The notes below the pieces were generated by a model, which worked only from the letters and a program-made list of their open reading frames with translations, was not told where the DNA came from and did not search any database. From Octopus bimaculoides (lineage: Eukaryota): a stretch of 64,000 nucleotides of DNA. Of this stretch, positions 1-13,911 are shown one piece after another. The position numbers and the translations under genes were made by a program. Positions within the stretch are counted from its first letter, which is position 1; each line of letters begins with the position of its first letter. Location of the stretch: NCBI RefSeq assembly GCF_001194135.2, contig NC_069002.1:34452860-34516859 (forward strand), in the 5' to 3' direction.

Positions 1-104
1 ATATATGTTTGTGTGTGTGTGTGCGCGCGCGTAAACCACGTGAATATATTAGATTATGAGTGTGTATATAAATGTATATATATGTATACATTTATTTCTA
101 CATG

Positions 105-150
<46 letters not shown>

Positions 151-480
151 TCCCACACGTACAAAAGTCCACCGACAGTACATCACAATTCTATAAATAC
201 TTAATAATTCAAATTTATATATTCATTTGAAAAAACGGTGTCGCTCAAGGAAGACTTCAGTTTGCACAATTCTCATGATGTTTCATATTTCGATGTTTTT
301 ATTAAATTCATTCATTTCTTAAATATAAATAATTAATTGAGAATTAAATGGTTTTAATCTACTCTCAGGGGACTTTTGTCTAAGCCTCTCTCTATAAATA
401 TAAATATTAGACTGAGTAAAAAGTAAGCAACATTTTGAAATATGAAATTCATCACTATATATTTGAACAATGAGAAAATT

Positions 481-1280
481 TTATTCATCAAAGTACCATT
501 ACAAACAACGCATTTTTCCAACGAGCTACATGTCGTTTATTCTGGTAACATACAAGCCTGGAGTTCAAGAGCTGATGAACTATTTGAACGCACTTTCAGC
601 ATCGGTTTGGTTTTTGAACTCCTTTTCTCACAAGCTGGGTGGGGAAGAAATTCGTAGCCAAGTTCCCTGAACGTCTGGAGTGTCATTAGTGAACCGTGAG
701 GTCCAGCATTGTCATGAAGAATGATTTGCCCTTTTCTATCTGGGACGGAGTAATAGTAAATGAATACTAGAGTACACTACCAAACAATCATCCTAACATT
801 ATTTTGGGTTTATCGAAGGTTTTCGGTATTTCACTTTGGTCTTACCACTGCGAAAAACGCTTTTGTTATTGTACAGAATCCACGTTTCATTGCAAGTTAC
901 AGTACGGTCGGAAAATGGATCGGTCTGGTTACGGGGAAGAAGCGACGAGCAAATTTCATATCTGCGCATTCTCTGATTTTCATTCAAATCTTGTGGTATC
1001 CATTTGTCGAGCTTTTTTTGATTTTCCTTATCGCATGCAAATGGTTGCAGGTAGTTTTCTGGCTAGCATGAATTTCTTTTGCCAGTTCTCGAGTGGTGTT
1101 ATGTAAATATTTCTCAATGAAGGTCTCTTACTGTAAATTATTTTCGAACTGACCATTCACTGGTAATTTCCTCACCAAAAGGTCCGTTGGTGTCTCGAGC
1201 AGTTTCAGCTCCTTTGCGTCCGTTTTGGAAGTTGAATAGCAAAAACAAATTGCCCGAATATCTCGCTTCGACAGTTCCAT
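481..1280 (-). mobile_element. Degenerate mariner transposase (Hsmar1/cecropia-like, DD34D), frameshifted and internally deleted
   Basis: Manual translation across frameshifts: MELSKRDIRAI/FLLFNFQNGRKGAETARDTNGPFGEE, KLDKWIPQDLNENQRMRRYEICSSLLPRNQTDPFSDRTVTCNETWILY, KGQIILHDNAGPH, LGYEFLPHP, ending YFDE*. These match mariner motifs (WVPHEL, TCDEKW, HDNARPH, LPHPPYSPD). Confidence 0.92.
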
Positions 1281-1393
1281 TTCAGATTATTGTAACAGTG
1301 AAAAAATGTCAATGGGGGGGGGACAAACACAGACACGCAAACATCTCTCTCTCTCTCTCTCTCTCTNNNNNNNNNNNNNNNNNNNNNNNNNNN

Positions 1394-1449
<56 letters not shown>

Positions 1450-1450
<1 letters not shown>

Positions 1451-1850
1451 TATGTTCATAAATATATATGCACACATATATGTACATATATATACACATA
1501 TATATACACACATATATGTACATAAATATATACATATATATACACACATATATGTACATAAATATATACATATATATACACACATATATGTACATAAATA
1601 TATACATATATATACACACATATATGTACATAAATATATACATATATATACACANNNNNNNNNNNNNNNNNNNNNNNNNNNNNNNNNNNNNNNCATATAT
1701 ATGCACATAAATATATACATATATATGCACATAAATATATACATATATATGCACATAAATATATACATATATATGCACATAAATATATACATATATATGC
1801 ACATAAATATATACATATATATGCACATAAATATATACATTTATACACAT
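1450..1850. repeat. TA-derived minisatellite with a 36-bp unit before the gap and a 24-bp unit after it
   Basis: Repeats of CACACATATATGTACATAAATATATACATATATATA, then CATATATATGCACATAAATATATA, separated by N-gap 1655-1693. Confidence 0.9.
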
Positions 1851-2399
1851 ATATACAAATATATAGATGTAAACAGTTTGAAGTTAGATTCGTCCTATAA
1901 TTCGGAGGTTTCAAAAGAAATTTTTTATATTGATTCTTCATATGTTGCTGGTAGCTTAGTGGCGTAAAATTGCGAATATGTAAATGATACTTGTATAGGA
2001 TGTGCTGCGAATTTATGGAAAGAAATCCCATAAAACACAACACTTTAGTTAAGAATGAAGAGAATTTCTTGAAATATATAAGAGAATTTTAATTCATACA
2101 GACGATCGTTTCGTATATAGATATAAATATAATGCAAATTCATGATTCGATTGAATTAAATTAAATTAATTAATTATATATCAATGCTCTCTTCAGTGCA
2201 AGAAGTGTAAACAAAATGTTTACAACGAACTTGAAATAGGAAATAGCAGAAAAGGATGTAGGAGATTCATATTTATCCTGATCAGAAAAAGAGAGATGCT
2301 AATCCAGTTAGGTATTAACTATAGTTAATACCACACGAACATACACACGCACGTACACAAACTCATTCACACACACGCACGCTTACACACCCACATACA

Positions 2400-2570
2400 C
2401 AAACATGATAGGTTTCTTTCAATTTTCGTGTACGATATCCACTTATAAGGTTTTAATTGATCCGATACTATGGCAGATTGGACTGGCCCAACGGCCAAGC
2501 AGTGAGATTGAACCTCGAGCGTGGGGTTAGGAAGCCACTAAATTTCAATACTTTTTAGCCATACAACCAA
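2400..2570 (-). mobile_element. SINE family C, diverged 5' head fragment next to a (CA)n tract
   Basis: Aligns by eye to the reverse complement of the head at 20939-21080 (TTTCTTTCAATTTTCG..ATCCACT..AGG..TAGCCATAC). Confidence 0.6.
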
Positions 2571-2868
2571 ATATGTTAGATAAACGAGTAACCTTTTCAA
2601 GAACGGAGTACATAATAAGCAAAAAAAGCCAATAGATGTAAGAACTTAGGAGAATTTAACACATTGATAGAGGTTACACATGTTTCATAACATCATATAT
2701 TTCAATGTAGATGTGTATATGGTTATATATATTAGTATTACAACTGGTCTTATAATTCTGAGTGAATTGTAAGATATATATATAGATATTCACTGCTACT
2801 GTTAAAAAATTAATTACATCTTCATCCAAGTGTGGTTTACTAAATAATCTATGTTGTACTTTGCAGAC

Positions 2869-2942
<74 letters not shown>

Positions 2943-4229
2943 AGGCCATCGAATAGTTGTGTAACTGTGTGCGTATACCATTGCGTGTGTGTTCCTATGT
3001 CTCTCTATCTGTTTATGAGTAAGGATATGTGTTCGTCTTTCTACTTTTATCTGAGAGCCACCGATAGACGCCAGTTGTTTAGCTTACGTCACTGTATCCC
3101 ACGAGTTTGTAAAATTATTTCGTCTAAAATCTCTCTATAAATAACATGTTTTGATATCAGATGATATAACACATGCTTTGTTAAACATTAAATAATTAAC
3201 AAGAACTAAAATCGGTTAGCATTTCACTATGAAATTTTAAAAATATAATGAAATGTAGTACTGAGTTTCCCAGTTGCCAAATTAAACACGTTCATGATGA
3301 TTAGCAAATGTTTACATTGCTGGAAACCAAATAATATTAATGATAATGAACGACACCTCCAGTATTCATTAATAATTCATGTTACTAAAATATTAGCAAA
3401 TGTGTGCCTATCATATCATGACAAACAAATGTGACAGAGTTCATAGTACAAAACGTGGCTTCTTAGTATGTTATTTAATGATAGGCAGTACAAACCAAAG
3501 CAATATCACAAGACTTGAATTTAACCAGCAAACGCTGCTAAACGCAAACATCGCTGCAGACAATATATACTCACACATTACTTGTTAATGGTATCTCTAC
3601 AGATATTCTATAGAAAAAATAGCAAGCACTGATTTTCGTTACAATGTTCCGTATAGTAAAATGAGATCGAAGATGAGGAAAGGGTAATAGGTGCATATGC
3701 CATAATTCGGGAGTATTTTCTGGTCCATCAGCATCCAGCCAACATTTCAACCATTCTCGAAATCATTGCTTTTATAGTCACTGTCTACAGCAGTGTTTAG
3801 TCATTGGATATAACACTTTACACATTAAACGCATCTGTGGAATACTCCCGCATATTTAAACACAAACACAATGTCAGAAACACCAGCGTGGAGATGGTTT
3901 GAGCTCTTGTGAACGTAAACTGTATCTTCGTTAGGCTTCATGTCATATTTTTTAAATAACGATCTTACCGTGCGTGCGTGCGTGCGTGCATGCGTGCGTG
4001 CGTGTGTGCGTGTTTGTGTGTGATAGCTGAATGACCTGTCGTTGCTGAGGTTACTGCTGATCATATTCAGTTTGGTAAAAAATGTATTCTCAGAATTATT
4101 TCAAAACTTCTATATTTTATTTCAAAATATCCAAATTGTAATGACAATAGAATTTCTAACTAAGAATCTGTGAATGTTGAAGCACATCAGGGTGAAAAAA
4201 AAATACATTGTGTAAATGTTTGTTTGTAA

Positions 4230-4365
4230 GACACCCACTCCCGAGTTTTGGGTCTGTTTGCGGCTATAGTAGAAGATATTTGCTGTAGGTACCACGCAGA
4301 AGGGCTGAACCCGGAACGATGTGATTTAGAAGCAAGTTTCTTATCACACAGCCACGCCTATGATA
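4230..4365 (-). mobile_element. SINE family C, 5' head fragment
   Basis: GCTATAGTAGAAGATATTTGC..ACCACGCAG..GGGCTGAACCCGGAAC..AAGCAAG..CACACAGCCACGCC is the reverse complement of the family C head. Confidence 0.75.
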
Positions 4366-4401
4366 TGTGTAGGTGCACACACACACACACACACGCACAC
4401 G

Positions 4402-4486
<85 letters not shown>

Positions 4487-4534
4487 ATGAATGTACATAT
4501 TCGAATTTCTTGCGACCGACATTTCAGTCGTAAT

Positions 4535-5252
4535 NNNNNNNNNNNNNNNNNNNNNNNNNNNNNNNNNNNNNNNNNNNNNNNNNNNNNNNNNNNNNNNNNN
4601 NNNNNNNNNNNNNNNNNNNNNNNNNNNNNNNNNNNNNNNNNNNNNNNNNNNNNNNNNNNNNNNNNNNNNNNNNNNNNNNNNNNNNNNNNNNNNNNNNNNN
4701 NNNNNNNNNNNNNNNNNNNNNNNNNNNNNNNNNNNNNNNNNNNNNNNNNNNNNNNNNNNNNNNNNNNNNNNNNNNNNNNNNNNNNNNNNNNNNNNNNNNN
4801 NNNNNNNNNNNNNNNNNNNNNNNNNNNNNNNNNNNNNNNNNNNNNNNNNNNNNNNNNNNNNNNNNNNNNNNNNNNNNNNNNNNNNNNNNNNNNNNNNNNN
4901 NNNNNNNNNNNNNNNNNNNNNNNNNNNNNNNNNNNNNNNNNNNNNNNNNNNNNNNNNNNNNNNNNNNNNNNNNNNNNNNNNNNNNNNNNNNNNNNNNNNN
5001 NNNNNNNNNNNNNNNNNNNNNNNNNNNNNNNNNNNNNNNNNNNNNNNNNNNNNNNNNNNNNNNNNNNNNNNNNNNNNNNNNNNNNNNNNNNNNNNNNNNN
5101 NNNNNNNNNNNNNNNNNNNNNNNNNNNNNNNNNNNNNNNNNNNNNNNNNNNNNNNNNNNNNNNNNNNNNNNNNNNNNNNNNNNNNNNNNNNNNNNNNNNN
5201 NNNNNNNNNNNNNNNNNNNNNNNNNNNNNNNNNNNNNNNNNNNNNNNNNNNN
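4535..5252. other. Assembly gap. Other large gaps: 8848-9080, 14254-15113, 26455-26856, 32642-33012, 40374-40799, 49399-49763, 61182-61665
   Basis: Runs of N, mostly flanked by microsatellites or repeats. Confidence 1.
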
Positions 5253-7579
5253 TAATCTTCTTAAATGTATTTTATAATACATTTCTTTCATTGATTCTCT
5301 TTTTTCTCTTCTAATTTTCTTTTGTTTATTTTCAATTTCTTTACTTGTATTTTTTTCCGTTTCTTTTTCTTCTAACATTCTATTCTTTTTATTTTGTTGT
5401 CTTTTTTTTTACTGTTTTCCAGACATGAAACATTAGACACATAAACTGCTTTATCTTAGATTTTTATCTCACCTTTATTGCAAAACTGATTAGAAATTTT
5501 TACTTTGTCAGAGTTCAAACCATTTTTCTAATTATTTATATATTACTTAAAAGTTTATTTTATTTAATATAGTTTTCTTTTAGTATTTTTTTCCCTATCT
5601 CTTTCTCATTATACTTTCTCCTCCTTGTTTCTCACTCCCTTTTTCCTTTCCTCCATTCCTTTTTTTTTTCTTTATATTTATATTTCAGTTCAGAATCTCC
5701 GGTGAGAATATCAGCTTTTCAAGAAGAATGGACAATTTCTGATAATTTGCAGCTATTGGTCTGTGGAATCATGAAATTTTTGACTTTTCATTTTTGTTTT
5801 TTGTTTTCGTTTCTACCGATTTTCCTAAAGAAATTATATCTATTAGGTTGTTTGGGTTTCTGTAATTATCTACATGTGTTTGAATATACGTGGCCTGTTC
5901 TGTATAGTTGTATGTAGTTCGAATATGTGTTGTGTATATGTTTCTTAGTGTCAATTTGATGGTTATTCGTACATGTGTGATAAAAGTTGCTAGCAGCACT
6001 GACTTATCTGTAAGAATTTATAAATAATTATAGAATACACTCTCACACACACATATATACATGTATATACACACACATGCTTTATTTATATACCTATGGG
6101 TTTTAAAATTGGTTGATGTTTACAACAGCTGTTTCAGACGTTTTTTATTGATAAATAAACCTATTACGTCATGACACTTTGATTTTCTTCAGGTGATTTG
6201 AAACTTAAAATTAAATATTTGGTTGAGAAAAACTTTGAACTATGGAATGTATGGTCATCCTCTTGATCCTCAACATTGTGTGTCGCAGCTTTTGCGACTC
6301 GTTCTTTTGTAGATAACCACATTCCTCCCACAGTACGGAATAAATGATTATTCAAGAGAGGAATAAAATAAAAACGTGTGAGCGTGAGAGACAATAATAT
6401 GGGAAAAACCTCGCTCTCGATTGTCCGTCGTCGTGGTCAGTAGTGCATGATGAAAGATTGAATTTGAGCAAAATCCTGCCGTGTATGAACATTTTAAGTG
6501 CGATTTTAGTAACGGTTCTGATATTATTTTGCCTGAGCATGTTTAACACACAACTCGATTTAACATGTAGCAAATGCTGTCATTTCTGTCAAAGCCAGAC
6601 CTTACGGGTCAGCAACAGAGCCACAGAGAATGAATAATCTGTTTACTATTCAGCATGCAACATCTCTGCTTGCACAAGCTGTAGAAAAGAATGTGCAGGC
6701 GAGAGAATAATGCAACGTTTTCGGTAGAATCCCCCCAAGACAGCAGTGCAACAAACACTAAAAGAGGCACTCATAATTACCATAAGTCTGAAAAATGGTA
6801 AGTTCTTAGCAGCGTGGTAAATCACATGATTGTTGCTCATGTTTAAGAGAACACTACAGCGATAGCATTGTTCGAAATTGAGTCGAAATCAACACGTTAT
6901 GTACACATAAACACAGAAATTGTTCATACATTTATCTCCTTTGGATAAATTGTACCAGTTTACGACTGGCTTAAGTTACTTGATATATTGAAGCCGTAAC
7001 AGAAATAAGTAATACACTTTCAGAAGCTACTCTCAATGTCAAGTCTAATCCCATTACATATTTATTTATTTATATATCTATTTATCCATTATTATTGTTT
7101 TTGTTGTAGTTGCCGTTGTTGTTGCTGTTGTTGTTGTTACCATCATAATCACATGTTTATAAACGAATCGTGATGCATTGAAATGCCATCTGAATAAAGC
7201 CTGGTGAGATATGACCCGATAAGTAAGTAACGGCTGCAAGGATAGAGAGGTTTAATAAATATATTATTAACTACTGCTATATGTATCGATTAATCTCTTA
7301 ATCTCGTACTTTGATCGTAGAATATAGCTAACTATAAATGCAATACACACACATACGCACACACATACTCAGACACACACACATGCACCCACGAACACAC
7401 ACTGCATGGACGGATATATGGAAGCCGTGTAACGGAAGCTCATTAAATTAAAAGCATTGTACAATATCCAATATTATTTAATTCGAATATCCAAATTTAC
7501 AAAGCTGGAGGCAGCCGCGGTCATCTGGAGCAGGCACTTAAATAAGTTATACATAGCATTACAAGTTTGTATTACTGAC

Positions 7580-8225
7580 TGAGAGAGTAGCTGCATGATG
7601 TCCTTATAGACAGAAGGCAGGTAGTTCTAGCCAATGGTGCCCTTTATGAAGAAACGCAAACTCTGGCGTTCCCGAAGGAACTTTTCTGAGGCAATTACAG
7701 TTCATAATAGCTTTCTTAGACATACCCACAGTCAGTCGGACAGCCATTGTCACTAGCTATGCCGATGATACAAAATTATCACAGGCAATAAAAATTTAAG
7801 ATGATGTCGCAAGCTTACATCGGGACCTGCTTTCGATACACAAATGGGCCGAAAAAAGCAGCATGCAGTTTAATGCTGCAACATTTCAAGTCCTGCACTC
7901 ACGAATGCACTATACTCTGCATACACAGGAGCCAAGGGCACTATAATCCCAGAATCACAGGCAGTTAAATACTTCGAGGGGATCAGTGTGTGCAATGGTG
8001 CATCATTTTATATGCACATTACCAAGCTGACAGTAAAGTGCTTCAACTGACAGGATGGATACTGAGATTCTTCAAGACAAGCAACCAAGAAATTATGTCG
8101 ACTGCGGAGAACTCTTTTTTTTTTCTCAGCGACCTGAATTACTGTTCACAATTATGATCACCAAATAAATAGCCAAATAAATAGCGGGGCTTGAAGCAGT
8201 CCAAAGCTACAACATTAAAGAGATT
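7580..8225 (+). mobile_element. Non-LTR retrotransposon reverse-transcriptase remnant (CR1/L2-like clade)
   Basis: Translates as DRRQVV..SGVPEGT..TSYADDTKL (YADD at 7758-7769)..DLLSIHKWAEKSSMQFN..GWILRFFKT..LNYCSQL*SP..LEAVQ, with stops and frameshifts. Confidence 0.9.
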
Positions 8226-8738
8226 GACACAAATTCATATACATACATGCACGCAAACAATCATACACATATGTGTAGGAATTACACGCTAATATATTGA
8301 ATTTCAATTCGCATCTTTATTTCATTTAACCTTAAACGCTTCACAGTCCAGCTTTCCATTCATAGTTGCAGTGTTAGCTCATAAACCTCACTGCTGTAAT
8401 CTACAATAATTGTGGAAATATTGTTTTCTCTTTTTATTAAGTTTTTTGTTTCTTAAATAGTTTCTTTTCGCATTAAATTGCACTAAAGATTTCATTAAAT
8501 TAAAAATAGCTTAAATACGTTCTTATTTAAGCTCTCATTTTCATTCTTCTCACGCATGTACGTACAAGTACCAGTATGTGTTCTTTTGTATATACACACG
8601 TGTGTATGCACAAATATACATACATGCATATGTATAGTTAGATATACATGCTTACACTTACACACCCATGTCTTTTTGCATATGCATACCTATACATGTG
8701 TAGATATACATACACACATAACCCACACACACATATAC

Positions 8739-8789
<51 letters not shown>

Positions 8790-9080
8790 TATGTATGTAT
8801 ATATATATAAGAAATACAGATCGATGTATATATACATTAAATATATANNNNNNNNNNNNNNNNNNNNNNNNNNNNNNNNNNNNNNNNNNNNNNNNNNNNN
8901 NNNNNNNNNNNNNNNNNNNNNNNNNNNNNNNNNNNNNNNNNNNNNNNNNNNNNNNNNNNNNNNNNNNNNNNNNNNNNNNNNNNNNNNNNNNNNNNNNNNN
9001 NNNNNNNNNNNNNNNNNNNNNNNNNNNNNNNNNNNNNNNNNNNNNNNNNNNNNNNNNNNNNNNNNNNNNNNNNNNNNNNN

Positions 9081-9120
<40 letters not shown>

Positions 9121-10367
9121 GAACACACACATATATATGTATTTTACAATGCACTTTATCAATAGCCTGATTAACAAATACATTTTATGAGTACACCTTT
9201 CCTTAGAATATTTTTGTCGTCTTATATTATTTCTTTACCGCTCAGATGGAATTGTTTCTGCGTCTTTGTATTTTGTTTCTGAAGAACGTCAGTATTTTAT
9301 TGTTAAAGTGGAGGTAACTAGAAATAAAACCATTTAGAGAGAGGCAGGTAGAACATAAATCTGTACTGTTATTGTGAGACCTAACATAAAAATGTCAGCA
9401 TTAGAGTATATAGGAATATCGGTATTTATACGTTGCAGCCATTTTAATGTTAATTATAAGCCCAATATTTATTATTGTATTGTCTATGCACACATATTTA
9501 GATAGGTATGTACAATCATCTCAAGCACACAGATGCATAAATGCATTCATGCATGTGTGTGCAATTAAACAGAGTCACTCATACTCAAACACATTCCTCT
9601 CAGTCTCCCCCTTCCCATTACTGTATCATTAAAGCAGTCTGTCTCTCTACATATCACCGTCTTTCTCTCACCATCTACACAATCACACGCATGCACACAC
9701 ATGTGCTCACGCACACAGACACGGATACACACACACACACACATGCCTATACACATACACACATGCACACATACTATATATAAAGAGAGAGAGAATGATA
9801 GAGAAAGAAAGAGAGAGAGAGCTCTATGAAATATATTCAAATATAAATATATTGTTGTGGAGAGAGAGGGATGGGTAAATAGTAACATTCAGCTGATATG
9901 TAAACATCTACGCATCATGGCGTATTCTTGGATTACGACACTATTGTACCTGAGTGCTGTTTAAATAAATGTATGCTCTTCCTAATAAAAGTCTGATGCT
10001 AGGTTTACTCTGAGCATTAATATCTAATCATCTGTAAAATTTTCCGTTAGACAGAAAGTAGTTTTTCCTATTAACAAGTTATAGTAACACTTATGTATCA
10101 TCATTGTCTGTCAAATAAGCATCAATAAGATAGTGATGCGCCTTAATATAATCAATCGTGTGTCTTATTTTATAAGCTATGTAGCTTAAATATGTATATG
10201 AGTAGGTATGTTTATAGGAGAATAAACATAGATATGGAGCGATAGAATCAATTAATTAGACTATATCCCACCAGATTGATTTTTATATATATGATACGAG
10301 ACTGTTTTCTAAATAGGTACTGGTATCATATTTTTGCAGGAATCCAGCAGCTTCGGGATAGGGTGTT

Positions 10368-10508
10368 AGCCGACTGGTACATATTTTATCAACCCCGAAA
10401 GAAAAAAAGTCAAAGTGGACATTGTCGGAATTTGAACCGAGAACGTAGCAATGTTCGAAAAACTGCCTTACTCTTTGCCCGGCATGCTAACGGTTTTGTT
10501 AGCTCGCC
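10368..10508 (-). mobile_element. SINE family B copy (diverged)
   Basis: CTGGTACATATTTTATCAACCCCGAAAG..AAAGTGGAC..GGAATTTGAAC..CATGCTAACGG..AGCTCGCC matches 19905-20140. Confidence 0.75.
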
Positions 10509-13019
10509 TTTTTTGTCTATATAGAGTTTGTCTAATAATAGTTTCAAAATGAAAGTTACTCTACGACTTGGCCTTTTCTCCCATCTCACGGAAAATAATT
10601 TCAGAGGTTGATTCATTATATTATATCTCTACGGTTTTGAAAATATTTTGATTCGAGAATAAGATTATCCAACTGTGCGTGTATTTATTTATATAATTTG
10701 AAGAATATTTAACCTATATTTTCGTAAGAAAGAAGGGCTACTCTACTCCTTTGCGAGAGAAATTTGATTGCTATTTCCACTAAGCAGATCTTAACCACAG
10801 AAGTTTGAAAATCAGTAGATATTTTGTTGTCTACTGTGAACAAATGCCAGAAGATCTGCTGAAAAATATCAATGTTTGCTGATCGAAAACAGCAATCATT
10901 GCAATGAAGACATTCACCAGAATGATAAATATATTTAAGCGAAAAGTTTTGAAAGAATGGCTGCATGGTCGTAGTTGGAACAACTTTTCCGATAAGTCTG
11001 AAGGCAAATTGTTTAGATACTTGGAAAGTTATACTGACGTAAACGAAAACAGAGTTAAATGACTAGCAAAGAGTTTTTCAGTAAAATAAGTGGTCACATA
11101 TCAGATACAATGTACTCGAAGAAATTAAGTTTGAACTCAGCAGAGCTATGTTACAAAAACTATGTACAAAGGGGAGACTGTGACCTTGAACTTTCTGCTT
11201 GGTACAATTTCACCTGAATCATAATTTTATTACTTAATAAGTGAAGGTCACATTGAATAATATTCTAGATGGGGACTGAAATATGGGTGAGCAACAATAA
11301 CATCATTTTCAACAACGTTAGCAACAGTTGTAAGCTCTTCTTAAATTGAACTTATTAAGTATGGTTCTGGAAAACGTTGTGTAAATAGCAACCGAATTTT
11401 GAAATTTTGAAATTCTATAAAAGACAGATTCTTTGAATTATTTGATCCTGGATACAATCTATCTCAGAAAAGAAAATAGCGCCGTCACTGATCATTGTGT
11501 CAAATAGTGTTACGTAAAGCCGAACGATTAACGTACAGAGTGGATTTTACGACAAACGTGTAAGAAACTTTGGCACGAAGCAGTGCTGCTTACCTGGTAC
11601 GAACTACGCACTCCTCAATCTTGTTGTCTAGTCAATCGTGTTTAAAAGACATTCACATTGTTAACATATTGTCTGATATCTACTATTTAAATCATGGCAG
11701 TATTGTTTTCAGTTGACAACTAGACATCACGAGTGCTTCCAAACAAATGTCACGTTAAGATAATATCAGATGTAGCAGCAACGTTTATAGTTAGATGAAT
11801 GTTTGAGATTACGCCTTGGATTAAATGGAATAGAAACCGAAATATATTCGTACAGATAACGAGAAAGCAGCGAAAGGTTTACTAAAACTTATTTAAAATT
11901 ATTAGGAACAATAGATGTTTGTGTGCGTCATCATAAAACGAAATTTAAGAGTGGCTGCGATATTTATTCTTCAGTAATGGAAGCCATAACAAATATGTAA
12001 CCATATCGCAATAAAATGTTCTTTTATTCAATCACTTTGTTTGGTATAATGGTTTCTGCCAGTATACTGTACGCTGCTAGTGAGATTTCGTCTATAGAAA
12101 TTTCCTTTTGTGTATGGCTTATGTCAGTGTATATACATTTCCTCTGTGGTTTAAACAGTACATGTCTTTTTTTCTGTATTGCTTTCTTGGGAGACGATAT
12201 TAATATTAGGTGTGTAAGATGGAATTACCTAATGAGGAAGGTGGGGGATAAAATGCCCAACGGTGTCAAATTATATCGCACTATATTCTGAGTTCAAATG
12301 TAGCCTTGTCCGTTATACTTGTCATCGCTGCAAGGTCGATTTTAGAAAATTTCAGTGTTATACTGTGTACTTCTACTACATATACCCTCACGAATATGAG
12401 TTCTGATGGGGATTACAGAAAACAAATGTAAAATAAGTTGCGATATCTGTTGCATCACAACATATACCAGTTCTTTAGCGGAAAAGAATACGAAATATAC
12501 GGGCAGAGAAATAGATTGATAGAGAGATATGTAGGTATATAAATAGATAGATAGAGAGAGAGGGGGAGGTAGAGATAGATACATAGATGGATACATAGAT
12601 AAATTTAAATATATACATAGAAATATAAGAGAGGGAGAGAAATAAAGTATATATTTTGTATCTAAATATAGGTTTACTACTTAAGGCGGAGTTCTGGATG
12701 GACATGCGATCTGGTGTTTACAGCTGAATATAAAGATGTTACTCCTAATTAACGAACAATAAAGACAAAACCATGTGGCCCCCAGCTTTTGCGTCTCGGG
12801 AACGTGGAGTTAAATAAACAAGCGCTCTATAAAGCGTATTGAAAGGATTAAAGGGTAAAATGTAATTAACTGTAAAATACAGCATGACATTCTATGCCAC
12901 ACAAGTCGTTCCCTCGTATATGATCAACATTATACTTTAGAATAATAGTTCCTAACACAAGGGGGTGACATAATCATTAGCAAGCCCGGGTTAATACTTA
13001 ACAGCACCTCGTCCGCCCC

Positions 13020-13120
13020 TAGGTTCAAAGTTTAAATTTCTCGGAGGCCGACTTTGCATTTCGTCATTTTCTGAGTTGAGAAAATAAGTATCATTTGTGC
13101 ACTGGCGTTTATGTGACATA
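13020..13120 (+). mobile_element. SINE family B fragment (diverged)
   Basis: GTTTAAATTTCTCGGAGGCCGACTTTGCATTTCGTC..GAAAATAAGTA..GCACTGG matches the family B core. Confidence 0.55.
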
Positions 13121-13460
13121 TTTACTTCCTCATGCGAAATTGTTGGCTATACTCGGGAATTCACTGTTTCGACCTGCATATGTGAATCAATTTCACTCAC
13201 AGAATCCAAACATTCGAAAAGGCAGATAGTTGCAGCTGCCAGTGGGTACGTGTTCTCAGTGTGTCCATGAGGCGGCCAGCCAAAATACTCCAGTTCATTC
13301 TGTGTTGTACTGCGTTCAAACAAACAGCTAGGCTCTGGTTTCTGGCAAATTCTTTGATGTCAATCCAGTTGAATATTCTGATATTATTAATTGGCAGGGA
13401 ACTCGCTGTCTTCTTTATTTCGTTATGTTTCATCTCTCAATAAATATGTACATTCACACA

Positions 13461-13509
<49 letters not shown>

Positions 13510-13911
13510 GTGTGCGTGTCTGTGTATACAAGTTCATATATCTATTTTTCTATCTCTCTGTATGTCTGTCTGTCTCTCTCTCTCTCTCTCTTGTATATAT
13601 ATAATACCTTATAAAACTCAATAAAATAGGGGAGGAAAGAGGCAATTTATGGCTGGGGGAATTATAACAAATACTTACATCGAAAAATAAATTAGCACTA
13701 GACAAGAAAGAAGTTTTCATTGCTTACTCACACAACGTTTTCTTTTAAAACAATTTAATTAACAAAATGCATTAATTTACATAATTTCAACAAAACATTT
13801 TCTCTAACCATAACTATAATCACTATAATAATAAAGGCGCATATAAAAAATAGAAGTATAGAATTCACTTTACAAGATTATGTATAATATAAACACTTTA
13901 AGAGATGGAAG

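Noticed and set aside
1450-1850. Regularly spaced repeats as a CRISPR-like array
   Set aside because: No unique spacers, no cas genes, eukaryotic context; a simple minisatellite.
5689-5701. Plus-strand 13-nt microexon (TTTCAG|TTCAGAATCTCCG|GTGAGA)
   Set aside because: The pyrimidine tract is part of a 400-bp T-rich low-complexity region where acceptors arise by chance, and there is no partner exon.
9246-9313. Plus-strand 68-nt exon candidate MELFLRLCILFLKNVSILLLKW
   Set aside because: T-rich composition explains the hydrophobic peptide; no homology recognised. It shows how easily such candidates arise.
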